Source: Isurus oxyrinchus
Taxonomy: Eukaryota
DNA: 64,000 nucleotides
Reading direction: 5' to 3'
Assembly (NCBI GenBank): GCA_026770705.1
Contig: JANJGN010000021.1
Coordinates: forward strand, 89,404,001-89,468,000
Part shown: one piece after another, positions 39,380 to 50,665 of the stretch
How the letters are laid out: every line of letters starts with the position of its first letter
Position numbering within the stretch: position 1 is the first letter of the stretch
The notes under the pieces: generated by a model
The model's input: only the letters and a program-made list of their open reading frames with translations
Databases searched by the model: none
What the model was told of the DNA's origin: nothing
Translations under genes and position numbers: made by a program

Positions 39380-39706
39380 GTCTGAGACAGGCTGATGGGA
39401 ACCTGCAGGTGAATGGAATTCTGGGACAGTCAGTTACTTTACCGGTAAATTTACCATGGACAGACCCTTTGATAATTACCTGGGACTTCAGAAACTCATT
39501 CACTGCAAAAAAGATTCTTGTAGGTACAAAACCTCGAAACAAGCCAGCAGAATGTAACAATGACCTTTGGCAGAGGGTCAGGTTAAACCTCAGTGACCAC
39601 AGCCTGGAAATATAGACCCTAATAAAAAGTGACCAAGGTCAGTATGAAACTAATGCAAGATCAGAACAGGACGTTCACAAAGAAGTGGTGGAACTGCAAG
39701 TTGATG
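39380..39706 (+). pseudogene. Gene B IgV exon with nonsense codon
   Basis: 327 nt with the same splice sites as the gene A V exon and ~92% nt identity; CAG>TAG at 39613-39615. Confidence 0.9.
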
Positions 39707-40338
39707 GTAATCACCTTTCCTTGTGTCAGATCACTGCCCTGATCCATCAAATCAAGCAGGGTAAAAGTTACAGAAAATAGGAATGTCTGTCTGGAAGTTC
39801 TGGGAATGAAATTAAAGTAAATCTGCGCTTATTTAAGATATCCATTATTAATTACTTTGGGATTAACATTTGGAATTTAAAATCTCCGATGATGAAACTC
39901 AGTTTGCTTATGGGATATTCACAGGAAGGAACATTGACAGGATCACTGAGACTACATATACAATAGTTTGACAGACTGTCAGATTAGTTAATTGGTGTGG
40001 TTTTTTTGCTTTCTTAATAGTGAGACTAGAGAGTGATTCTAAGTCCCTGTATATTATACTGAATCCCCTACCCCACCCACCCACCCACCCACAGAATATG
40101 AATGTTCAGTCAGGACAGATGGGGACCATGATTATGACTTGCAGCTCTATTGCCTAATTAGATTCAGAAGTGTGCTCTGCTTGTCTGGTCTGTTATGTGA
40201 CGAAAAGCCAAGAACTCTGGCAATATCCAGGCCAATATTCCTCCTTAAACCAACATTATCAAAATCATATTAACTTGTCATTTGTCTCATTCGTCAGCTC
40301 CTATGATACCCAGATTAGCTACAGAGTGGCTCCATTTT

Positions 40339-41592
40339 AGGGCAATTTCTCCCTCACTTACCTTGAGAGGCATCCTGCTGCTGTGTTCAAGTTGGAGGCA
40401 TCTTATTGACCCTCCTACTTCCAAAGACTGCCCACATTCTTAATGGCCCGTTGGCAGCAGATGTGCTTGGCAGCGTGAGCAGACAATACAGCGAGAAGGC
40501 AAAAAGTCGGTTTTATGTGAAATCAGGTCGCAACCGTCTGCTCCGCCCGTCAATGGCAGGCCATATTTCCCGTTGCCACATCGGGAACCTAATTTCAATA
40601 CTTTAGCATCTCATTATAAGTTCTGCTCGCTGAATCATCCCCCCGCATGTTAGATCATCCGAGCATGTGGACATGTTCCACAACTGTACATAAGCGATGT
40701 GCACCTGGCGAGCTGCTCTTCACTTGGGACTTTGAGGTTTGCCTCTACCTTGCTTCAGTCAGCACTTGTGGTCATCAGCGCGAACTTCACAGGCAGCACC
40801 ACATCATTTTTAGGGATGGGGCTCATGGGCAGGTCTGTATGTACCAGGCCAGCCATGAGGTGAGGGTGGCATTTCAATAGCTGCAGGACTAGGGCTTACT
40901 TGGGGAAAGGGGTGAAGTGGCCTCAGGCAAGAGAAGAATCTGCAGGGCGAAGACTGTACTGGGGAAGGAGGGGATCTCCGGGTGTGTGTAGGGCACATGT
41001 TCATCTGTGCAAGTGGCCTCAAGATGATGAGGGCTGAGGAGGCAGTCTTTAGAGGAGATGAGGCCAAATGGAGATGTGAGGGTGTGTGTGAGACAGTGAG
41101 TGGCGACGTCCCTTGAGCTGGGAGTGAGTGAGATGTCAGTGAATGTGTGATGGCTTTGTGAGTATGTGAATTTAGACTGATGAGATGGTTACCTTACCCT
41201 GGCAGCAAGGATGAGATCACTCATCCTCTTTCTGCACTACATGCCAGTCTCTTCTGCGCAGCATTGGCACTGACCACCACTGTCACCTCCTCCCAAGCCA
41301 GCATGGTGAGATTGATGGACCTCCTATGGTCAGAATGGGGGTGGAAGACATCATGATGCCCTTCCAAAAGGCATTCCAGTGACAGGACACTGAACTTTTG
41401 GCATTCAGGGCCATGTCTTTACAGGAGCAGTCCTAAAGCTGCAAGCATTGAGAACTGTGTGCACCCAGTGTGAGGAAGCAGTGAGGTAACAATTCAGAGG
41501 ACGCCAGCCAGTGAGACAGTGTGTTTCCTGTGGCTGCCTAATTTTTCACACCCACTACCACACTTAGTGCAATTCTGGACAATTCCACCCAG
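40339..41592 (-). mobile_element. Harbinger-derived element with Myb/SANT-like ORF remnant
   Basis: Minus strand 41300-41210 reads AWEEVTVVVSANAAQKR/(frameshift)*CRKRMSDLI; GGG...CCC ends. Confidence 0.6.
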
Positions 41593-42187
41593 TGAGCTCA
41601 CCCTTTGGTCACTGATTGGCCAAATTGGGGAAAAATCACAGATGAGTGACTGTTTCCCATACAGTGCCAGCTTATGACCCTCATTTGAGGCCAATGGCTG
41701 GTTGATGATGCCTGCAGAGAAAATCCTGACACTTGCATCACATCATTGCTTTTCTCCTTGAAATTGAGGGAGAGTAGAAGTTACAGAGAGTGGGAATCTC
41801 AGTGAGGAAACACTGGGAATGAAAGTCAAGTTGATTTGCAATTATTTAAGTTAAGCATTCTTAATTTAGTAAAACTAAAGGATGGCTCCAATGACTCCAA
41901 GTTCCTCTGCATGACACAGAAACCCTGCCCACCCACATGACATGAATCTGCAGTCAAAACAGATGGAGACCAATGATTATTACTTTGCAGCTCTATTGCC
42001 TAATTAGATTTAATCCAGGGCTCTGACTGCCAGGTCTGGTATTCAGGCAGATGTTGAAGATCACACTGAATTATCTGAAGAAAAGCAACAAGCTCCTGTG
42101 ATATTCTAGCCAATATTATTCCTTAATCCAGCATCATCAAAGTTAAATTAACTCGTCATTTATTCTCATTTGTGGGTTCCTGATGCG

Positions 42188-42410
42188 TGCAGATTAGCTG
42201 CAGTATTCGCCTGCATAACAACAGTGACTGGGCTTCAGAGATATCTTTGGGAGTCAGAGAGAAATTTACAACATTTTTTTACCCAAATGGGCCATGGTTT
42301 TTAAACTGTTTTTCACCTCTGTGAAGCAATCACGTGGCTTTGGGTGGAGTAGAGGGTGTATATATTGGGATGCATACAGTATAATAATTATACAGGATGC
42401 GCTGGATTGA
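42188..42410 (+). repeat. ~220-bp direct repeat, copy 1
   Basis: Matches 43661-43882 (gcataacaacagtgactgggcttcagagatatctttggg exact). Confidence 0.88.
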
Positions 42411-42588
42411 TCAGAAGGCTTTTTCCTGTCCAGCATTACTAGTATCTTTGTAAGTGTTTTCAACATTTCTGAGGAAAGTAACAAGATGCTGGATATGTAC
42501 AAATGATATTTTAAATAGCATTTTAAAAATCTGCTCATCCCACATGTGCACCACTCCACCCTGCTAACAAGATTTTATTCACTTTCAG

Positions 42589-42870
42589 AACGTGTATCAA
42601 ATCCGAGAATACAACTGATCAGCAGCGTCTTCTCTGATGGAATCTGTAATGTTACCCTGAGCTGTTCAGTGGAAAGTGGCAGTGACCTGATGTACAGCTG
42701 GTGGACAGGAGGAGAGTTGGTCACACCTGGTGGGCCATACATTGTGACCGACAGTGGGAGGAAACTCAGCATGTCCATAAATCTACACAAAACCAGCACA
42801 GTTTACAAGTGCATGGTGAGAAACCCTGTTAGTGAGAAGACTGAAAGCGTGGTCCTCACAGGGCCCTACT
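42589..42870 (+). CDS. Gene B IgC2 exon (frame intact)
   Basis: actttcAG acceptor and T|GTAAGC donor; 282 nt, phase 1-1. ERVSNPRIQ...GICNVTLSC...YSWW...YKCMVRNPVS; the fourth Cys codon is split T|GC with the next exon. Confidence 0.85.
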
Positions 42871-43499
42871 GTAAGCAACCAATTAAGCTTATTTCATAGG
42901 AGCTAATGGAGCTGCGACTCCAATTAATAATTGAAATACAGGAATGGTTGTCAAATATAATTTGAGTTGGTAGCTTTTATTAACTCAGAGGGTTGGTTTA
43001 ACATGACCTTGCAAATTAAACATCTACGCAATTTAAAGGAAGTTACAAATTCACCTTGGGTGGTATTACGTTGGCCACCCATTACGCATCCCACTGGATA
43101 TTCAGTTCCACTGAAGCTGACAAAATTGATTACTAAGCAGGGCACATACGGGAGTCCAATGCAATACTATTTGCAAAACTGCCCAGGACTAATTTCTATC
43201 ACCAGCTAAATGATTCCAGATTATTCTGCAACAAAACCTAGCAATCATCAATGGAAAGGATCATTTGACAGGGTGTAAAACAGGCAGGAGATCCACTGGT
43301 GCCAGTTTTCTGCCAGTGATGACAGTTAAAATTATCCTATCTTAGAGTGTCAGCAATTAAAATACTCATTATAGATATTTTCAGTGGATATATTGCCATT
43401 ATACAAAATATTGCAGTAATATTAAACTTGATTATTGATCCCACAGCAAGGGATCAAAATCAAAGAGTAACTTATGGTCCCTTTTGTGTATCTTTCTAG

Positions 43500-43639
43500 G
43501 CAGAGGAAAAGAGAAGGCAGATGGCACTCTGCACTCAGTTCAGATCCTGGGAATACGAGCTGTGATATTCACAATCGCTCTCATCATCACAAACACTGAG
43601 GTCTGTGTCTGGGAGCAAAGAACAGTTGAAGGAAACTAA
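43500..43639 (+). CDS. Gene B terminal TM exon with intramembrane Arg and short tail
   Basis: tctttctAG acceptor; the phase-1 join gives CRGKEKADGTLHSVQILGIRAVIFTIALIITNTEVCVWEQRTVEGN*; Arg codon at 43556-43558; no Tyr in the tail. Confidence 0.72.
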
Positions 43640-43660
43640 AGTAAAAGTTTGTTGTATGTA

Positions 43661-43882
43661 TGCAGATTAACTGCAGTGTTCACCTGCATAACAACAGTGA
43701 CTGGGCTTCAGAGATATCTTTGGGGGTTAGAGAGAAATTTGCAAGAGTTTTTACCCAAAGTGGCCAGGGTTTCTAAACTGTTTTTTGCCTCTGTGAAGTA
43801 GTAACATGGCTTTGGATAGAGTTGAAGATGTATATATTGTGATACATAAGGGATAATAATCATTTAGGATGGGTTGGATGGA
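43661..43882 (+). repeat. ~220-bp direct repeat, copy 2
   Basis: Matches 42188-42410; starts 22 nt after the gene B stop. Confidence 0.88.
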
Positions 43883-44514
43883 TTGTTCGGAAACAATCTA
43901 GTTTGTCAGAGGAATCTCTACACATTGGAAATTTACAGGAAAAATGCAGTAACCTTTGATGGTTAATATTCAAAGATACTGACAATAGGATGAATACAGC
44001 CACAAGCCCAAGTTTATTCTTTATGCTTCAGCTGATCATGACCCTTGAACCTGGAGATCACTTCAACATCATTCCCGTGTGTCGTATGCAGGAGGCACAT
44101 TAGAAAATGGAGAATATAAAAAAATCATGAAAGAAGGATAAAATGTTTAGCTCTTCACAAACCTGGTACAAGATGCCCTCTGATGCTCTCCACCCAATCA
44201 TGCTAATTCCTGTATGGAGGTCCTGCAGACTATCCCCATTCCCTCAACAGACCCTCTAAAATATGCCTGCTCAGAGTCTCTACCTAAACAAATGCAATTT
44301 TTTTTGGGAAGGTTCCATAGGTGAGCCCAGCATAACCATCAAAATTTCATACTTTTTTTCATGGTCATAATACCATCTGTCAGAATCCATGGTGAGATTC
44401 ACCGTTTGTATATAATGGTAATCTGCTGTTATAATTCTACAGGTAGTGAGATATGTTTTACAAATGCATGTAACCTTGGACTGTGCAGAGACAAATGAGT
44501 TTGCTTTCCTTGAA

Positions 44515-45375
44515 ACAACAACTTAGACTTATATTACCCCTTTAATGTCCCAAGGCATTATAAAACAAAATATGACACCGAGCCACATAAAAGATTAGGT
44601 CAGATGACCAAAGAGGTAGATTTATGGAGCGCCTTAAAGAAGAAAGTGAGGTAGAGAGGAGCTGGTGTAGGGAGGGAAATACAGAGCTTGGTTCCTGTGC
44701 AACTGAAAGGTCCGGCCACAAATGGCGAAGCAATTAAAACTGGGGATGCCCAAGAAGCCAGAATTTCAGAGGGTTGTGATCTGGAGGAGATTACAGAGAT
44801 AGAGAGAAACAAGATGATGGAGGGAATTGAAAACAAGGATGATAATTTTAAAATTCCCTGGAAGTCATTGTGGCTCAGTAAACACAGTAGTGATAGGGGA
44901 ATGGGGCTTTGTGCAAGTTAAGACAGGGGCAGCAGTGATTTGGTTGATCTCAAGTTTACAGAGAATAGAACCTGAAAGATCAGCCGGGAATGTTTTAGAA
45001 TAGTTGTGTTGAGACATAAAAAAAATGGATGAGTGCTTCACCAGCAAAAAAGCTGAGGCACAAGTTGGATGATATTACAGAGGTGCAAACAGGCGATCCT
45101 GGCAATGACACAAATATGTGGTCAAATACAATGGCATGCTGTGACCGATTTGGTCCCGGTTCAGACAATTGTCAGGAGGAGCAGGGAGTCAGTGACAGTG
45201 GAATGGATTTTGAGGCTGGGGGCACAAACAATGGCTTCTGTCTTCCCTAGATTTAGTTAGGGGAAATTTTTCTTCCTCCAGTAGTGGACGAGCAGCCTGA
45301 AACACTAGTGACAGGAACGGTATTGAGAGAGATGGTAGTGAGGTAGAGCCAGGTGTCATCAGCAGGCATGTGAAA
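44515..45375 (-). mobile_element. L2 LINE fragment (duplicated copy)
   Basis: Shares the junction flank gatgaatctttgattgaagga with 34490, so it was inherited through the duplication. Confidence 0.75.
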
Positions 45376-46479
45376 CACCGTGTGAAACGCAATTGGTTGG
45401 AGCACAACAGCTTGAGAGAAAGAGCACTGGAAAAGGATGAATCTTTGATTGAAGGAGGAGGCAGTGCAAGGGGCAGTGGGGGTGGTGGGTAGGTTTGTAC
45501 CAACACTGTAGTGTATGGCAGGAAGTGGGTGCTGGTTTATGGGTGTTAACCTGTTGAAGACCTGAGCGCTTGGAAAAAAAGGATTTTTGAAAGTTGCACT
45601 GCTCCTGAGTCAACTGTCAAGGTTTGGCTGCGGACACTTGAGTAAATTTCTAATAGTTAACCCGGGCTATGGTGGTGGTGGTAGGGGGGGAAGTCTGCAG
45701 GCTGGTAAAAGCTGCCTGCCAATGTTTCACATCCCTGATGCAAAAAATAGCAACGTCGTGGGTTGAAACTCTTAGTCACAAATTAAATCCGACAACAACA
45801 GAAACTTTGAAATCTGCAATGATATGCCTCAACAGTTGAAGCACTGACTTGTGGTGCTTCACCGCCACACACAGGAACCAGATGGTACTGCAGCTCAGCT
45901 TACCCAAGCTCCGCTTGCAACCAAGCAGTGGTTCCACAGCAAACTGTAATAAACATACTTCCAGCTCTGGAGTGTACACAGCAGAAATGATCTAATGGTG
46001 AATTTAGGGTCTAATGCAAACCATTTCCCACCTCATTTTTAATTGATTTATTTTTTATTTGTGTACCAGCAAAGAAAACTTAGACAACTTCCTAGATTTT
46101 TTTCAATCTTAACTGGAATGTCTAAGATGCGCAGTTTGTTTCAGTCTGAGAGGCTAGAAGGAGAATCAAATTGGTGCTTGGAGAAGCATAGCTAACAAGG
46201 GATAGATTTGTTAAAGAGAAATTGTGTTCCTTTGAACTTCACTCGGAGGTCAAATTATATTTTACCAACTACCCATTCCCACTCTCTCTCTGTCTGCGTT
46301 AAGTGTCATGGTTCTCACTCATGGGCTGCTTATCTCAGCTAAATGGCCTAAATCTAGGACTTCAAGGGTTGAGTGTAAACCTCTTCAATGCCCAGTGCAA
46401 AATTGAGTCATTGGTAAAAAATAATCTGGAATCTGGGTTTGCTGTGTGAAAGTTAGCGACAATGAAGTTTTCTAAGTTT

Positions 46480-47100
46480 GCAGGTATTCCTAACAACAAA
46501 TGAAATACTGTTGCACAACAGAGTTAAAAGTGAATGCTCACTGGGTTACGCAAACAGCTGGGTCTGCACACTTGGACAAATTTTTCGGCAGTACCCACAT
46601 TGCAAAACTTGTCAATAATTGAGAACAAGAGAACCTCCTGGACATTACAACTGATTGCTGACTCAAGACTGAGCTCCAACAAAAGCAGTTGAATGAGTTT
46701 TGTGTCCAAATTCAAGCAGAGTTCCCCAAAAAGTCAGACAGGCCTTTTAAGAATTCAGCAAGATCTACTACAACTTATCTGTGTGAAAGTAAATTTTCAT
46801 CACTCACTGGAATGAACTCAACGTATCATCTGCACTTGTGTAGAACACAACTTACAACTCAACTATCACTCTAAACAATATGTCTCTAAGCTCAAACAAA
46901 TAAGCTCGTGTGACACATTAATGACGAGCAGTACTGTTTACTGTATCCATTGTTTAAGATTATATGTATGATACTTGGCACATTTTGGACAATTTTTGGG
47001 CATTAAAGGGGTTATTATATTAAATCTATATCCTGATAGGGGTACGTGGACAGGTGTTTGATCTGAAAAAATATATGCAGTAAATAAATTTGAGTCTCTG
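46480..47100 (+). mobile_element. hAT (Charlie/Buster-type) transposase C-terminal remnant
   Basis: EFCVQIQAEFPK...TTYLCESKFSSL matches the hAT dimerization-domain TTYLCExxFS motif. Confidence 0.7.
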
Positions 47101-47254
47101 ATCTACAGTATTCATTTGATTGCTATATTGTTAACAGGTTACATTTATAAAGCATCTCTAATATTGGCAACTGTCTCAAGGCATTTCACAGAGGCCTCAT
47201 CGAATAAAAAAATTGACACAGAGTCCAGTGCTGATGATCTAAAGTTTACTTAAG

Positions 47255-48200
47255 AATATAAAAAAATAGGAGTAGACCATACAACCCCATAAGCCTGTCA
47301 CTGCCTCAAGTCCAATCTCTTGCTCACTCCTCACAGCCCTTGACTCCCGGACAGATCAAAAATCTATCTTTCCAGGATTTGAACATGTTCAGTGATGGAT
47401 CATCCATTACTCTCTGGGATAGAGAATTACAAAAATTCAGAACCCTCCGAGTGAAGAAATTCCTCCTTATCTCAGACCTAAATGATCGACCACCCCACCA
47501 GGGGAAACCAACCTCTGTGTCAAACACGTTAAGTTCCTTCAGAACCTTGCATGTTTCAATGAGATAACATCTTATTCTTCTGAACTGCTGATAAAACAGG
47601 CCTGATTTATTCATCCTCAAGTTAGCGCAATCCACTCATCTCAGGAACTAATCTAGTGATTGTATGCTGTACCACCTCGAAGACAAGTATATCCTTCCTT
47701 AGATATAGAGACCACTCCAGCTGTGGTCTCATGAAGCCCCCATAGAATTGCACCAAGACTCCAGTGCTACTGAAATAAAAGCCAACATGCCATTTGCCTT
47801 CCTAATTGATTGCTGTACCTCTGTTCTTTGTATGAGTACACACAAGCCTCCCTAAATTTCAACATTTAAAAGCTTCACATTTCTATAAAATATTCTGCTC
47901 TGCTATTATTACCAAAGTGAATACTATACACTCCTGCACATCATACTCCATCTGCCAACTTGTTGCCCACTAATGTAACCCATCTATATTTCTTTGCAAA
48001 AATAAAAGCCAACTACTGCCGATGCTGGAAATCTGAAATAAAAATAGAAAATGCTGGAAAAACTCAGCAAGTCTAACAACATCTGTGAAGAGAAAGACAG
48101 AGTTAACGTTTCGAGCCCGTATGGCATTTTCTGTTTTTATATTTCTTTGCAGCCTTATTGTGCCCTCCTCACAGCTCACATACCCATCTAGCGATAGTAC
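47255..48200 (-). mobile_element. CR1 LINE 3' fragment
   Basis: RRNFFTRRVLNFCNSLSQ; split by the pLTR insertion at 47999-48137. Confidence 0.75.
47999..48137 (-). mobile_element. Penelope pseudo-LTR fragment inserted in a CR1
   Basis: pLTR sequence with 14-bp TSD TATATTTCTTTGCA at 47985 and 48138. Confidence 0.8.
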
Positions 48201-50132
48201 CAAAGGCAGTGTTGCTTGCCCAGTGCCAGGGTCCAGGACATCTCCTTGCAGCTGGATAGGAACTTGCAGTGGGAGAGAAGATCAAGTTGGGAGTGGTCTA
48301 CATGGGGACCGCTGACATTGGTAGAACCAAGGAAGAGGTTCTGTTAACCAGGTATGAACAGCTAGGGGCTAAATTAAGCAGAGCCACAAAAGTAATAATC
48401 TTTTGATTACTTCCTGAGCCATGAGAAAATTGGCATAGGGTAAATAAGATCAGAGTTGTATATGTGGTTCAAAGATTGGTGTAAGAGAAATGGGTTTTGT
48501 TCATGAGGCTCTTGCACCAATACTGGGGAAAGAAGCTGCACCGATAGAATGGCCTTAACGTGAACAGCGCTGGCACCAGGGCCCTGGCAAATTGTAAAAT
48601 TGCAGCTACAGGGGGGCTTTAAACTAAGTAGGGTGAGGGGGAATGGAAGAGGAATCCTGTTCTGTCACATATTTCATGTAAAATAACACAGTTTATTAGT
48701 TTTGAATTGGGTTTTATTTTGCTAGAGGGCATTTCAATCCGTCTTCCATGGAACAACATTTCAACAACATCCTCCAACAGAATAGTGATACTCCTAACTT
48801 AAAGGCCTGGGCTGTTTCAGCTTTTCATTTTTACTATGAAAATCCAGGAAAAAAAACTAGTGGGGACAAATGGAATTCAAAAAAGCCCACACACATTTGT
48901 GGGGAAAAAAATCTGTTTTAGTTTCACTATTGCTAAAACTTAAAACCCAATTAAGTACTTAAAATCAGACAGTCAAGCTAACTGACAACACACAATTATT
49001 TCCATTGTAAGACACAATTTTTCTGCTCATATTCAGTTAACAGACTTTTTCTGGGTCTTACTGCTGAACTCCAACTTAGGTAGTTCTTTTTTTAATAAAA
49101 ACTAAAAAGTAAATCTGCAGAATACATGTTTATGGTGCAGCTCCAGTCATTTACCTCCTCAATAACAGTCAGATGTTAAAATTCTTGGCAGCAGTTACAA
49201 AACTTGCTTCCAGCAAAGAATGTCTTTGGTGCATGCCTGAGTCAGCCTTTTATTGATGATCTCAGGTTTCAAGCAGCTTATATTGTGGTTAGCTATCAGT
49301 GTACTTCTGTCTTTTCTCCATATATAATTTGAGAAGAAAGGCTGACATTTCATCCATTATAAAGAACACAATCCTCACAGTAACATGCAAGGCCTCCTTA
49401 CAAACATCCAATTCCACAGCCTTCATTTGTTGCCTCGTTGAAAGTCAGCCCAGTGATGCATGTTCATCATATCAGTGCACACTGCTTGACACAAACAACA
49501 TGAGATTATTCAGCCCTGTCAAGCTAATCTCGCCATTCAATTAGATCATGGCTCATCTGTTCCTTAACTCCATTGTTCTGCCACAGCTCTATGTCCTTTG
49601 ACGTCCTTTGTGCATATTTGTAGATCTTGTTTTTATGTACAAGATGGTGGGAAATTTCTGTTTCATTTTCTTAACAGGGAATCAGTTTTTACAGATCTAA
49701 CAAGCTGACAGAAATAACAGAATTTATCAATGGTACTTGGTAAAAGTCCTTAAAGATTGGCTGCCACATCATCTTCAAACAATGCCATTACATCTTTAAT
49801 TTCCATCTGAAACCCTAGAGGAAGAAGAGAGGATCTCTGTTTAATATCTCATCAAAAGGCAGTACCAATGAACAATGTAAAGCACAGCAGTGAAGTGTGG
49901 CCTAAGATGGCAACAACAGAAAATCGCATCAATGTAGCACCTTCAACATAATAAAAAGTCCCAAGATAAGTTTATAGCAGGGTTATAAAACAAGGTTTGA
50001 CACCAAGTCATAAGATTGAAGAAAGAGCAAGGTTTCTCTTACTTAACAAGGATGACAATAGGATCAGTCAAAAAGAATGTGCTTTGTTTAAAACAGATAA
50101 TATCGCATTGTTTGTGTGGGCTCTGATTCCCC

Positions 50133-50233
50133 AGTTCTGTTGAAGGGTCATGAGGACTCGAAACGTCAACTCTTTTCTTCTCCACCGATGCTGCCAGATC
50201 TGCTGAGTTTTTCCAGGTAATTCTGTTTTTGTT
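50133..50233 (+). mobile_element. Penelope pseudo-LTR fragment with hammerhead motif
   Basis: agttCTGTTGAagggtcatgaggactcGAAAcgtcaact, near-identical to 57838-57940; absent from the paralogous segment near 36.9 kb. Confidence 0.8.
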
Positions 50234-50384
50234 ATGTAAAAGCACAACCAGCTCACTGACCATTTCAGGGAATGGATAAGGTTTAGTCTGTAATATTCTA
50301 CAGTATCTGATATTCTATTCTGAAATTCTCATTACAGAAGGACTAAAAATAAGGCTACTGTGTTCCACTGTGAGTCAAACCCGT

Positions 50385-50665
50385 GACCTTAGCCACCTTA
50401 AAGGACAAGGGCAGCAGATACATGGGAACTTCTACCACCTGGAAGTTCCCCTCCAAGCCACACACCATCCTGACTTGAAACTATATCACTGTCACTGGGT
50501 CAATGTCCTAGAACTCCCTTCTTCACCCTGGGTATACCTCTACCACATGGCCTGCAGCAGATCAAGAAGGTGGCTCACCACTACCTTCTCAAGGGCAATT
50601 AGGGATGGGCAATAAAAGCTGGCCTAGCCAGTGATGCCCACACCCTGTGAAAGAATATTAAAAAA
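50385..50665 (+). mobile_element. CR1-group LINE family 1, 3' end
   Basis: Same tail caagggcaattagggatgggcaataaaagctggcctagcc; absent from the paralogous segment. Confidence 0.8.

Larger units (their letters stand above)
33780..40070 (+). repeat. Segmental duplication unit, copy 1 (gene B upstream region to V intron)
   Basis: Collinear homology with 44620-53520: shared L2 fragment and flank, 36590-36990~49860-50330, 37070-37556~50680-51097, 38808-39380~51653-52226, 39885-40060~53333-53510. Confidence 0.8.
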
